Shown here one piece after another: positions 25,161-33,682 of a stretch of 38,727 nt of DNA. The notes under the pieces are model-generated. The model saw only the letters and a program-made list of their open reading frames with translations, did no database searches and was not told the DNA's origin. The DNA is taken from NCBI GenBank assembly GCA_900545505.1, contig UQZC01000001.1, positions 1 to 38,727 on the forward strand. Direction: 5' to 3'. Positions within the stretch are counted from its first letter, which is position 1, and each line of letters opens with the position of its first letter. Source of the DNA: an uncultured Collinsella sp. (lineage in GTDB: Bacteria; Actinomycetota; Coriobacteriia; Coriobacteriales; Coriobacteriaceae). Position numbers and translations under genes: made by a program.

Positions 25161-25562
25161 AGCCACGACAGGCTCGCGTCGTACTGCGGCCTGGCGCCGC
25201 ACAACCGCCAGTCGGAGACCTCGATCTCCTCGGTGACGGCATCGCGCCAAGGCAACAAAAGGCTGAAGAACCTGCTCATATTCTCGTGCAACTGCCTTGC
25301 CCGGACAGAGGGAAGATGAGGCGACCACTACGCCAGGTGCCGAGAACGAGGCATACCGCACGGCAAGGCACTCAAAGCGCTGACGCGAAAGAGGTTGAAG
25401 GTCACCTACGCGATCATACGGGACAGGGTGCCCTAAGCCACCTAGTCGAAGCACAGCACTCCGAACAGGCTGGAGTCCGCCGGTCGAAAGGCCTGGCGTC
25501 AGCATTTCGCGATTCGATCTCGCGAACGGCATTCCCCGGTTGACAAAACTATAGGAACACCC
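25161..25562 (+). mobile_element. IS110-family remnant: 3' part of transposase with stops, plus right end
   Basis: Frame from 25161 reads SHDRLASYCGLAPHNRQSETSISSVTASRQGNKRLKNLL..*..HGKALKALTRKRLK (Transposase_20-type); stops at 25317, 25434, 25443; end carries TTGACA at 25540. Confidence 0.8.
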
Positions 25563-26092
25563 GTGCTGTTACCCCTGCCATGCGTGTGATTGAGTATCTG
25601 CTAGCTTAAGCACTGCTGAATATCGCGTAACAGCACCGCCGTTATCGTGTGCGGGCATCTGGCAGACGCTGGTCCCTGTGCCCTTTTATTGCTAGCGCTC
25701 CATCTGCAGCGCTGCCGCATGATGGTCTCTCCCATGTCGGCCCAGATCGCGTCTATGTTGAACCTCCTCGTTCAGTCGACCGCATGGCGGCACGAGTGTA
25801 ACGGGGTGCCTGGAGATGCATTTAATAGCGGTGCCTGACGGCAATATTCAGTCGGGAAGGCAGCGGTGCTGATTCGCAATACAGGTGGTGTCGAAAGGGC
25901 CTAGGACTCATGTGATTGCATAAGCCGCAACAGTGCTGAAAAGGCTAACTGCTTTTGTTCGTGCATTGGCATCATATTCATAAAAACAACCGGTCCCGAC
26001 GTTGAATCTAAAATCATCGTTTAGCATTGATCCTGGCTGTTTCCAGAAAGCCACTAGTTTTTTAACTCATACATGAAAAGGAGGTGACGAAA

Positions 26093-26212
26093 ATGGAGAA
26101 AGAGGAAATCGAGCTGGCCAGCGATAAATCGGCTTCCGACATCGAGATCACTGTTGAAGAACTTCTGGACTTCGGCATTGATGTTGATCAGGTTATACAG
26201 CGCCGCTGCTAA
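26093..26212 (+). CDS. Putative RiPP precursor peptide, 39 aa: MEKEEIELASDKSASDIEITVEELLDFGIDVDQVIQRRC
   Basis: Translated by hand (below the ORF-track cutoff); RBS AAGGAGGTG 6 nt before ATG; acidic leader-like part and basic Cys-terminated tail; followed by a stem-loop and modifying-enzyme genes. Confidence 0.85.
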   Translation: MEKEEIELASDKSASDIEITVEELLDFGIDVDQVIQRRC

Positions 26213-26225
26213 GGTCTGATAACAC

Positions 26226-26257
26226 AATCGCCTCCGTTTAATGTGACGGAGGCGATT
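26226..26257 (+). terminator. Stem-loop between precursor and radical SAM gene
   Basis: Perfect 12-bp stem AATCGCCTCCGT / ACGGAGGCGATT, 8-nt loop, weak U-tract. Confidence 0.7.
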
Positions 26258-26286
26258 CCTATTCGCCCGAAAGAAAGGAGCTCAAG

Positions 26287-27951
26287 TTGAAGGTTGATTT
26301 CACTCTGATCAATCCGGTGAATCACTACAGGAAGACCCTTGTTGATAATCTGGCCATCTTGAATCTAAGGGCCGTTTCTGAAGCAGCGGGATTTTCAACT
26401 CACGTTATTGACTTTCAGCGTAAGTTCCTCGAAGAAGAAAAGACTTTTTCAAAAGAAATCTATCGGTGGTTCTCCGACGAAATAAAAGCAATCGACTCCC
26501 ATGTTTTTGGTGTTTCGATCATGAACGCCTCTTATATCTGGGGCATCATGATAGCGAAGATTATTAAACGGGCGCATCCCGAATCGGTTATCATATTTGG
26601 TGGTCCCCAGATCACTTCACTTCGAGAAATGGTTTTTCAGGATTGTCCCGAGGTTGACTTTCTATCGATCTTTGATGGGGAAGAAACCCTCCCGCTTCTA
26701 CTCGAATATATTGCTTGCGGCGCTCAGGGCGATTTACCTAAAAATTCGATTTCTAAAACCGGGGATTCTGGATTATGCGAGTTGATTGAATACGACATTA
26801 ACAACCTTCCGGAACTCGACTACTCCAATTCATACGGCATGAACGTGGTCAACATTGAGGCAGGTAGAGGTTGCCCGTTTAATTGCTACTATTGCTCATC
26901 CAGAGTGCTTCTCGGTCAGAAAGCGCGATTTCTTAATGTCGATAAACTGCTCGAAACCTCGCAGCGTGTCTACGATTGCATGGCAAAAACCGGCGCTCTT
27001 TCTTCAATTAACTATAATCATGATAACTTCTTAGCATCGCACAAGTACTTCTTTGAATTTGCAGTCAAAAAATATGCAATGAATTATGATTTCAAATACA
27101 ACTGTGAGGGACGAATCGATACGATAACTCCCGAGATCATTGGCCTACTTAAGGCAACCGGATGTATCTCTGTATTTGTTGGCTTGGAAACTGGCTCGCA
27201 AAGAATACAGCGAATCTGCCGGAAAAACTTGAATCTTAAAAAAGTAATTCCTACCGTAAAATCCATCATTTCCTCTGGCATGAGATTCGAAACCAATTTT
27301 ATCATCGGTTTTCCAGAAGAAACATATTCCGAAGTACTCGACACCCTTGCCCTTGCTCAAGAAGTCGCGTCGACCAGTTTTATGTCAAACGTTGACTTTT
27401 CCTATATGAGCCCAGAGCCTCTTACTGATGTTGCTCAAGGGGTGAATAAAGAGGATTATATCATCGTAAAAGAATCTCAGTATTACTTAGATTTACTTGC
27501 TGCCGGAATTGACCCAAACAGCCTGTCACCTCTTCATTTCAATCATCTGTACACAGTCAGAAATGAAAATTACGACATTCTTGACGTGCTCGCGCGTGCC
27601 GATACGTATTTTGATTTGATAAACCATTTTAAATTCGCAACCTACCTTATGATTCATCGAGATGGTAGAAGCATTGAAGATATTTTTGAAATGTGTCGCG
27701 ATCGTGATGCATTTGCCGTTGCAGAAAGCTATACGGCAACTCTAGATCAAGCTGGTGTGTATTATGCGGTTTCTTGTTTCGAAATCGACCGGCTGGCAAT
27801 AGTTCGTCGAGAAGAAAGAGCGCAGGATGTCCTATTCTATCGATACCCTGTTCAAAAGCTTTATCAGCTCTTCATCGAGACTATGAACATTTCAGGCTTC
27901 GAATCAGTGGCGAGCACCCCGACAAAAATAGTCGTTAGGAGTGCCAAATGA
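26287..27951 (+). CDS. Cobalamin-binding radical SAM enzyme (class B methyltransferase-like)
   Basis: B12-binding-type N-terminus (VFGVSIMN..IIFGGPQIT..DGEE), RGCPFNCYYC (CxxxCxxC), GCISVFVGLETGS, FIIGFPEET; TTG start after AAAGGAG. Confidence 0.92.
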   Translation: MKVDFTLINPVNHYRKTLVDNLAILNLRAVSEAAGFSTHVIDFQRKFLEEEKTFSKEIYRWFSDEIKAIDSHVFGVSIMNASYIWGIMIAKIIKRAHPESVIIFGGPQITSLREMVFQDCPEVDFLSIFDGEETLPLLLEYIACGAQGDLPKNSISKTGDSGLCELIEYDINNLPELDYSNSYGMNVVNIEAGRGCPFNCYYCSSRVLLGQKARFLNVDKLLETSQRVYDCMAKTGALSSINYNHDNFLASHKYFFEFAVKKYAMNYDFKYNCEGRIDTITPEIIGLLKATGCISVFVGLETGSQRIQRICRKNLNLKKVIPTVKSIISSGMRFETNFIIGFPEETYSEVLDTLALAQEVASTSFMSNVDFSYMSPEPLTDVAQGVNKEDYIIVKESQYYLDLLAAGIDPNSLSPLHFNHLYTVRNENYDILDVLARADTYFDLINHFKFATYLMIHRDGRSIEDIFEMCRDRDAFAVAESYTATLDQAGVYYAVSCFEIDRLAIVRREERAQDVLFYRYPVQKLYQLFIETMNISGFESVASTPTKIVVRSAK

Positions 27952-29147
27952 ATAAGAATGCCACTGCGCAGCTGCACATCTATTCCGCCTTTTTCGTTCT
28001 CGCGGGATTTGTTTTAAATCGGGGAGTGTTTCTACTTTTCCTTGCGGAGAAAGGAATGTCTGTCACGGAAATCGCGCTTTATCAAGCCCTGTTTAACATT
28101 GCAACGGTCGTCCTCGAGCTGCCAACAGGGCTGATAGGCGATTTCTTTGGAAAGAAGTTCTCGATTCAAGTGGGCGTGCTGCTGCTTTTCTTCCATACGG
28201 CTGGCATGCTGTTGCTCTCAGGCCCCTTTCTCGTCGCGCTTTCCCTTGTTGAGGCACTCGCCTACTCCCTTCAATCGGGATCCGAACAAGCACTTTTATA
28301 TGAAATTGCCCGAAATGCCGGTCAAGGAGAGCGCTTCCTCACCATCAACGCTCGGCTGCTTGCCGCGCAATCAATCGCGACGGGAGTGGCAATCGTACTT
28401 GGATCATTCATTGCCCAAGTATCTTGGAGTGCCCTCTACGTATGCGTTTCCGTTTTCTATCTCCTGCAGCTTTTCCTTCTGTATCCCATTGAGAGAATGG
28501 AAACGACCCATTCCAAAAACTCTGGGGAGGAAAGGTTTGACGTAGCCAAGGTCTTCAGACGCGAAACCTGGTGCATTGGAGAATCCGCTTTTGCGGTGTT
28601 GCTTCTTCTAATCGGCACAAGCATGCTCGATGGATTCTATGGGAGTTATTACAACTTGAATCAGTTGGTATTCGACGCATTTGATGCTCCCGTCTCCATA
28701 ATAGGAATCTTTTTCGGTGCATCCTATGCAGTAAATGCGACGGCCTACATTGCAGCAGATTTCTTCTCATCGCGTTTCGGGAAAAGAAATACCATGCTCG
28801 GCTCGATGCTAATCGAGGCCGGTCTTTTCATGATTCTTCCGTGGTTCGCTTCAAATCCGCTGTGTTTGTTTGGCCTTAGCATGGTGCTTTGTTTTCTCCC
28901 AGAAGTGGTGTACATCACTTCGGAAAACTTAATCCAAGACGCGATAGCGGACGATCTCCGCGCGACGATCCTTTCCGTCGCGTCTCTGGTAAGGGCTCTC
29001 TTTTCTGCAATGTTTTTCTCCATATTTGGATATGTGTTGGGGTTATATCCCATTCAGATAGCGCTCGGTGTTATTGGCGCAATCGCGATAGCAATTACCG
29101 CCGTTGTTTCTTTAAAAATGGTAGGAATACATGTCTCCAAGAATTGA
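27948..29147 (+). CDS. MFS transporter (probable exporter/self-resistance)
   Basis: About 12 TM helices; LELPTGLIGDFFGKK and SSRFGKRN loop motifs, SGSEQALLYE, DDLRATILS; ATGA overlap with upstream stop. Confidence 0.92.
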   Translation: MNKNATAQLHIYSAFFVLAGFVLNRGVFLLFLAEKGMSVTEIALYQALFNIATVVLELPTGLIGDFFGKKFSIQVGVLLLFFHTAGMLLLSGPFLVALSLVEALAYSLQSGSEQALLYEIARNAGQGERFLTINARLLAAQSIATGVAIVLGSFIAQVSWSALYVCVSVFYLLQLFLLYPIERMETTHSKNSGEERFDVAKVFRRETWCIGESAFAVLLLLIGTSMLDGFYGSYYNLNQLVFDAFDAPVSIIGIFFGASYAVNATAYIAADFFSSRFGKRNTMLGSMLIEAGLFMILPWFASNPLCLFGLSMVLCFLPEVVYITSENLIQDAIADDLRATILSVASLVRALFSAMFFSIFGYVLGLYPIQIALGVIGAIAIAITAVVSLKMVGIHVSKN

Positions 29148-30372
29148 TATATCGATTGACGAGCTGCCCGAAGCGTCGAGCCTTCTTGATGGACATGACT
29201 ATTCGTCACAAATCATTCAGCGTATCGCCGGGGTTCCAGTAATACTCGATGCATCGGGATGCCCTCATTCCCCTTTTTTCGAAGTTGAATATGATGACAG
29301 GACGATTAGGTTTACAAGTCGACATGATAATGAGCATATTGTCGAGTTGGGGAGGAAGCTTGACTACGTCCATCACAATTGCAGCGGCTTTCTAAAGACT
29401 TTCTTTTTGAGAATAGATGTAATTGATGGTCACTGCTATTCGCTAAGCAATCATGCAAAGTCGCTGTCCATTGCATTCCGGACCGGAGGAAGGGTGGGAC
29501 CATTTTTACATCTCCTCTCTTCTCACTATTTTTGTGTCAATGATTTTTCTGTTACGCGAATCGGAAGGCAGGAAGTCAAACTGAGCAGCGCTGCGTGCAC
29601 TCAGACTATGACGATAAAGCGCATCGAGAATAGATGGATTGACGTCTTGTGTTTTCTTCTCGGAAGAACCATGGCAAGCTGTAATACAAACATGCCCTTA
29701 TTAATTGAGCGCTATTGCAAGAGCGCGCGGCTGCACCATGGATTATCTGGCATAGAGGCTTTTATCGTTTTTTCAAACAAGCACTCTCCCTATTTCGCTG
29801 ACGAAGAAGGACGTAGGAACATCCTCTCTCTCGTTGACACAGAGGCAATCAGAAGACTTCTGTCGCCGAAACTGAAAGACCCCTCCTTCGATTACGGCGT
29901 GAATAAATCCGATGAACAAAGAGAGATAACTGCGAAATTATCAATTTCATGCGACAAATACTACCCCAATAAAAAGATTGTAAAACTGATAGCGCTTCAA
30001 TTATCATCGTCAGGCAGGTATTATCCAAAGCTCATGTCGAGTGATTATTTCTCTCCTCAATCGGATCAGGCGGATGTGCACCTGCTTTTAATTCCGAATA
30101 CTTTCAATGACCCTATTTTTATCTACTATCAACTCGCACTACTGACGGGCTTGGGCAACCGAATGCGTCTCCAAAAGTATTTATCGGTTTTGAGCAGGTA
30201 TTTTTCTGGCATGATTTCGCGCCAGGAGTTTAACGAGAGAGCCGTCGAACTGTTTGGCGAGGCTGCGTGTTTTCTGCCGATCGGACGACTCTCCAGCGCC
30301 TTCTTCATGCGAAACACTTTTCCAGAAGAAGGCTTGAGGGAAAGGATATTAAATGTTCTATTGGAACGATAG
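29131..30372 (+). CDS. Hypothetical 413-aa soluble protein in the RiPP operon
   Basis: Long ORF overlapping both neighbours, RBS AGGA; no confidently recognised domain. Confidence 0.8.
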   Translation: MSPRIDISIDELPEASSLLDGHDYSSQIIQRIAGVPVILDASGCPHSPFFEVEYDDRTIRFTSRHDNEHIVELGRKLDYVHHNCSGFLKTFFLRIDVIDGHCYSLSNHAKSLSIAFRTGGRVGPFLHLLSSHYFCVNDFSVTRIGRQEVKLSSAACTQTMTIKRIENRWIDVLCFLLGRTMASCNTNMPLLIERYCKSARLHHGLSGIEAFIVFSNKHSPYFADEEGRRNILSLVDTEAIRRLLSPKLKDPSFDYGVNKSDEQREITAKLSISCDKYYPNKKIVKLIALQLSSSGRYYPKLMSSDYFSPQSDQADVHLLLIPNTFNDPIFIYYQLALLTGLGNRMRLQKYLSVLSRYFSGMISRQEFNERAVELFGEAACFLPIGRLSSAFFMRNTFPEEGLRERILNVLLER

Positions 30373-31369
30373 TGCTTATATCAGGAGAGATTCCAACGAA
30401 CTTATATTGCAAGGATTAAAATCGCGAGTGAGGGTCAAAATCTCTGATTTGAGTACGAATCTTTTTGAACAGCTCGCCAAACAAAATATGATAGATGAGA
30501 CGAGCCTTGAATCTCGCGAGCAACGATTCTTGCTAAGGCTCAACGAACTTGGTTTTCTAGAAACTGAAGAATACGAGCTGGAATCACCCCGCTCGAGGAC
30601 AGCTCGCTTTTTGTCTTATTATTCCGACGCTCCGCTGACGTTACTTAAGCAAATCGGTGCCGTTCATCTTGCCATCGTTGGTATGGGCGGCATAGGGCAG
30701 GTGGTGGTGGAGCATTTGGCTGCTGCTGGAGTTCGGCATTTTACATTAATCGACGGGGATCGAGTTGAGAGGTCAAACGTAAATCGTCAGTTTCTTGTTG
30801 GTCCCGACGAAATAGGAGAAGCAAAAGTAGAGGCAGTTTCCAAAACACTCGTCAATCGCTATCCGGATCTTTCGCTTAATCCAGTTGCGTCTTACGTCCG
30901 CTCTGCCGAAGATCTCGTGCGTTGCGTTCCTTCGAGGACTTCAATGCTTGTTTGCGCTGCAGACTGTGGGGAAGGGGTCAATCCCAGGTCAATAGTTCTT
31001 GAAGCATGTATAGAAAAGGACATTCCCTGTGCATTTTGTGCTGTTGGAGTAGCTGATGGGGAAATTGGGCCTATTCTCGAAAAGAAGAACGATATGAAAT
31101 CCTATCTCTCTTTCCTCCAACAAGCTGAAGAAAACATAGTCCACATGCCCGTGCCAAAGGGATCAATTTGTTTTACGAACAGTCTCGTGGGAACTGCGCT
31201 TGCAATGGAGATATACCGATATCTTTGTATAGGATCGAGTCCTATACATCAACATACATGCTTCTGCTCCTTCATGAACTTTAAGGGTTTGATGTACAAG
31301 AGGGTTGGCAGCGAGAATGATACGAATTCTGTAAAAACCCCTGTGAAGCATTGGCTTGACAATGTCTGA
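30353..31369 (+). CDS. ThiF/MccB/PaaA-like (E1-like) adenylyltransferase with N-terminal RRE-like extension
   Basis: VGMGGIG nucleotide loop, LIDGDRVERSNVNRQ, GEAKVEA, CAAD, EIGP; about 75-aa beta-then-helix N-terminus ending LNELGFLE. Confidence 0.9.
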   Translation: MFYWNDSAYIRRDSNELILQGLKSRVRVKISDLSTNLFEQLAKQNMIDETSLESREQRFLLRLNELGFLETEEYELESPRSRTARFLSYYSDAPLTLLKQIGAVHLAIVGMGGIGQVVVEHLAAAGVRHFTLIDGDRVERSNVNRQFLVGPDEIGEAKVEAVSKTLVNRYPDLSLNPVASYVRSAEDLVRCVPSRTSMLVCAADCGEGVNPRSIVLEACIEKDIPCAFCAVGVADGEIGPILEKKNDMKSYLSFLQQAEENIVHMPVPKGSICFTNSLVGTALAMEIYRYLCIGSSPIHQHTCFCSFMNFKGLMYKRVGSENDTNSVKTPVKHWLDNV

Positions 31370-31457
31370 CGGCACTGTCGGACATCTACGCGTGGGACAA
31401 GCGAGTAACGCGAGCGATTGTAGGCAACTAGCAGCCCCAGCTGCGTCTTTGACGCAG

Positions 31458-31534
31458 GTTCAACGTCTGACATCTTGAATGTCTGACGTTGAACGAAGCT
31501 GGCGTGCAAAATGGCCTCACAAGGCCATTTTGCA
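31458..31534. terminator. Two inverted repeats after the RiPP operon
   Basis: GTTCAACGTC.GACAT/ATGTC.GACGTTGAAC (31458-31494) and TGCAAAATGGCCT/AGGCCATTTTGCA (31505-31534). Confidence 0.5.
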
Positions 31535-31845
31535 CCGTCTCAGGGGCGCGATTCAGGGTTTGCCGCTGCGTCCGTTATCGCAATAATCTCCCGTAGGCAC
31601 CACCGCGCACGCCGCCGTATCTGTGTCTTTTATCGTAATAATTTGAGAACTGGCTCCTTTTCCACCTTGTCCGTTATCGTAATAACAAGGCGCGCGAGTA
31701 TCCTTCCCCGGTCCAAGGGCGGAGCCCTGGCAAGCGCCGAACCGCCCGGGTCGGCGGCAGATTTGTACACACATTTACGATGGGGGTACAAGTATGCGTC
31801 TCTTGCGGGATTTCTCGTTTATCGGCAGAAAATCGAGGTCAGAAG

Positions 31846-32394
31846 ATGGATGAGTTCTTGAGTATTGAAGATCTGCGGTGGGAGTTCGGCGCGTCGCGAG
31901 CATGGATGTACAAGTATCTGGCGCCGCATATCAAGTCAATCACCGTGAAGTGCTCGACCGACGACGGCGAGCGCCTGTGCAAGCGTTATAGCCTCGATGA
32001 TGCGCGGCGCGTGGTCGCCGAAAAGGCTCGAGCCGAGGTCTATTCCGTGCCCGTTAAAGCGGACCCCGGGAAAAGCAGCTATGCTCCATACCGCCGCCCG
32101 CGGCGCGTGCGAATCAAGACGAGCGCGTACATCGCCGAATATATCGTCGGCTTCGGTCATCTCTGGCAGATCGACGAAATTGCAGAGGAATGCTGCGGTA
32201 AACGCTCAAGAGAGGCGGCATATCAATTCATCTACCGTAACGCCTGGATCGCAATCGTGTTCGGTAACAAAACTTTCTATATCCCGAGGCGCACCACACC
32301 GCAATTCGTGGCGGCAGCAGTCGAGGTGTTCGGAGACGCTGCCCACACCGTCGAATACGCACGCGGTGGGCATAAAAGTGACGCCACGGAATAG
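31846..32394 (+). CDS. Putative DNA-binding protein with excisionase/MerR-like HTH segments
   Basis: FLSIEDLRWEFGASRAWMYKY and LWQIDEIAEECCGKRSREAAYQFIYRN; RBS GAGG. Confidence 0.6.
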   Translation: MDEFLSIEDLRWEFGASRAWMYKYLAPHIKSITVKCSTDDGERLCKRYSLDDARRVVAEKARAEVYSVPVKADPGKSSYAPYRRPRRVRIKTSAYIAEYIVGFGHLWQIDEIAEECCGKRSREAAYQFIYRNAWIAIVFGNKTFYIPRRTTPQFVAAAVEVFGDAAHTVEYARGGHKSDATE

Positions 32395-32565
32395 CGGCAC
32401 TATGTAACAAATGAATAAGTGAACGGCGTAAAAAGTGAAAAACCGAACTACGCAATATCGACAATGCGACATAACGCAATAACGACAAAGCGGAATAGCC
32501 GCACTATGCAACCATGTAATAACAGAACTATTGAACATCGGACTATTCGGCCCTGAAATCTGTCC

Positions 32566-32878
32566 GCAAGAGTCGTACGCTGCCGTACAAAATGCCCGGC
32601 AGCGTACCGCCGCAAGCGGCGCACGCTAGAGCTCTGCCCTAGTATCCGGCACTCGCGGCGTTAGCTCATTGTTCTGCAATTCAACAGTTACGTTTTTCAG
32701 TTTTGTCGTTATCACGTAGTTCAGTAATTACACAGTTACGTAGTGTCGCAATTGCTTTGTTCGGCTGTGTCGCAGTTCAGATATGAACAACCGCCGCAGG
32801 CGCCGGGTACTAGGGCAGAGCCTTGGCAGTACGCGGACGGCCGAAACGCAGTTTTGTACGGCAGCGTACGACACTTGC
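32566..32878. repeat. About 100-bp imperfect inverted repeat enclosing and flanked by degenerate 8-bp tandem repeats
   Basis: Arms 32566-32669 and 32783-32878; perfect core GTCGTACGCTGCCGTACAAAA (32572-32592) with its complement at 32852-32872. Confidence 0.85.
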
Positions 32879-33682
32879 AGGCGAGCTCCGGCTATGCCAT
32901 TGCTGAATTACGACAAAACGCAACAACAGAGCTGTGTAACCGCAGCATAACTGACTTACAGACGATATGAAGAACGTAATGAATGAACTAGTGAACTGCG
33001 ACATAACCGAAAAAGCGAACAGTTATAAACCCAAAAAACGCATTGAAACAGGCGAGATGTTTTAAATCTCAGCCACAAATCGAGAACAGTGGCGTCCCGA
33101 CGAGCCGTAGCAAAATAGTCGCAGTAGTCATAGGCATCATCGGGACTGCGCATCACGGCAACAAGCTCTCCGTTGTGCGCATCAACAACTGCATGTCGAA
33201 ATCCCATCGTCTGACGCATCATCCGGTTGCGCTGCCGCTCGATCTCGATCGCATCCAGCAGGAGGTGGCCATCTGTATGGCCATGAAGGGCGAGTAGCCG
33301 TTTGCGGGGCCAAGCTGACCGCTCGCGTTGAGCGGCAGCAGCACCCGTTGGAGCGATAGTTCCGCAATTTGTTTCACGAATTACCGTCGAAATGTTTCGC
33401 GCGCTGGTAGATGCAAACACTGCTTAAGGGCACACCCAAAGCACCACAAAGTGCCGCCACGCAGGTCAAGGCCGAAAAAACGACCTCACCAGATGCGTTT
33501 TACGACACAGAAAATGGGTGTCGCGAACATCCCACCACCCTAGGTTCAATCGCCCCGTAAATCGAATCCTGTTGAGTCGTCTACCTGCGACTTTGTGATA
33601 TTTGCTACCGCCGTGTCGTGAGCGAGAATCGTGTCCGCACAGGGCGATATATTAGGTAAAACACCCGAGGGAAAGGAATAGC

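Noticed and set aside
25540..25570. IS110 outward -35 (TTGACA) driving the RiPP operon
   Set aside because: No plausible -10 at 16-18 bp spacing, and it is over 500 bp from the precursor
25158..25838. ORFs 25158-25532 (-), 25286-25543 (+) and 25647-25838 (+)
   Set aside because: Off-frame or antisense readings of the IS110 remnant and adjacent degraded DNA
26093..31369. Cluster as microcin C, thiamine/molybdopterin sulfur transfer, or pearlin biosynthesis
   Set aside because: Precursor has no terminal Asn or Gly-Gly; no ThiS/MoaD partner, PEARL or MNIO gene is visible
32206..33543. Several 60-150 aa ORFs over and after the octamer/inverted-repeat region
   Set aside because: Low-complexity translations of repeats or motif-free ORFs without RBS
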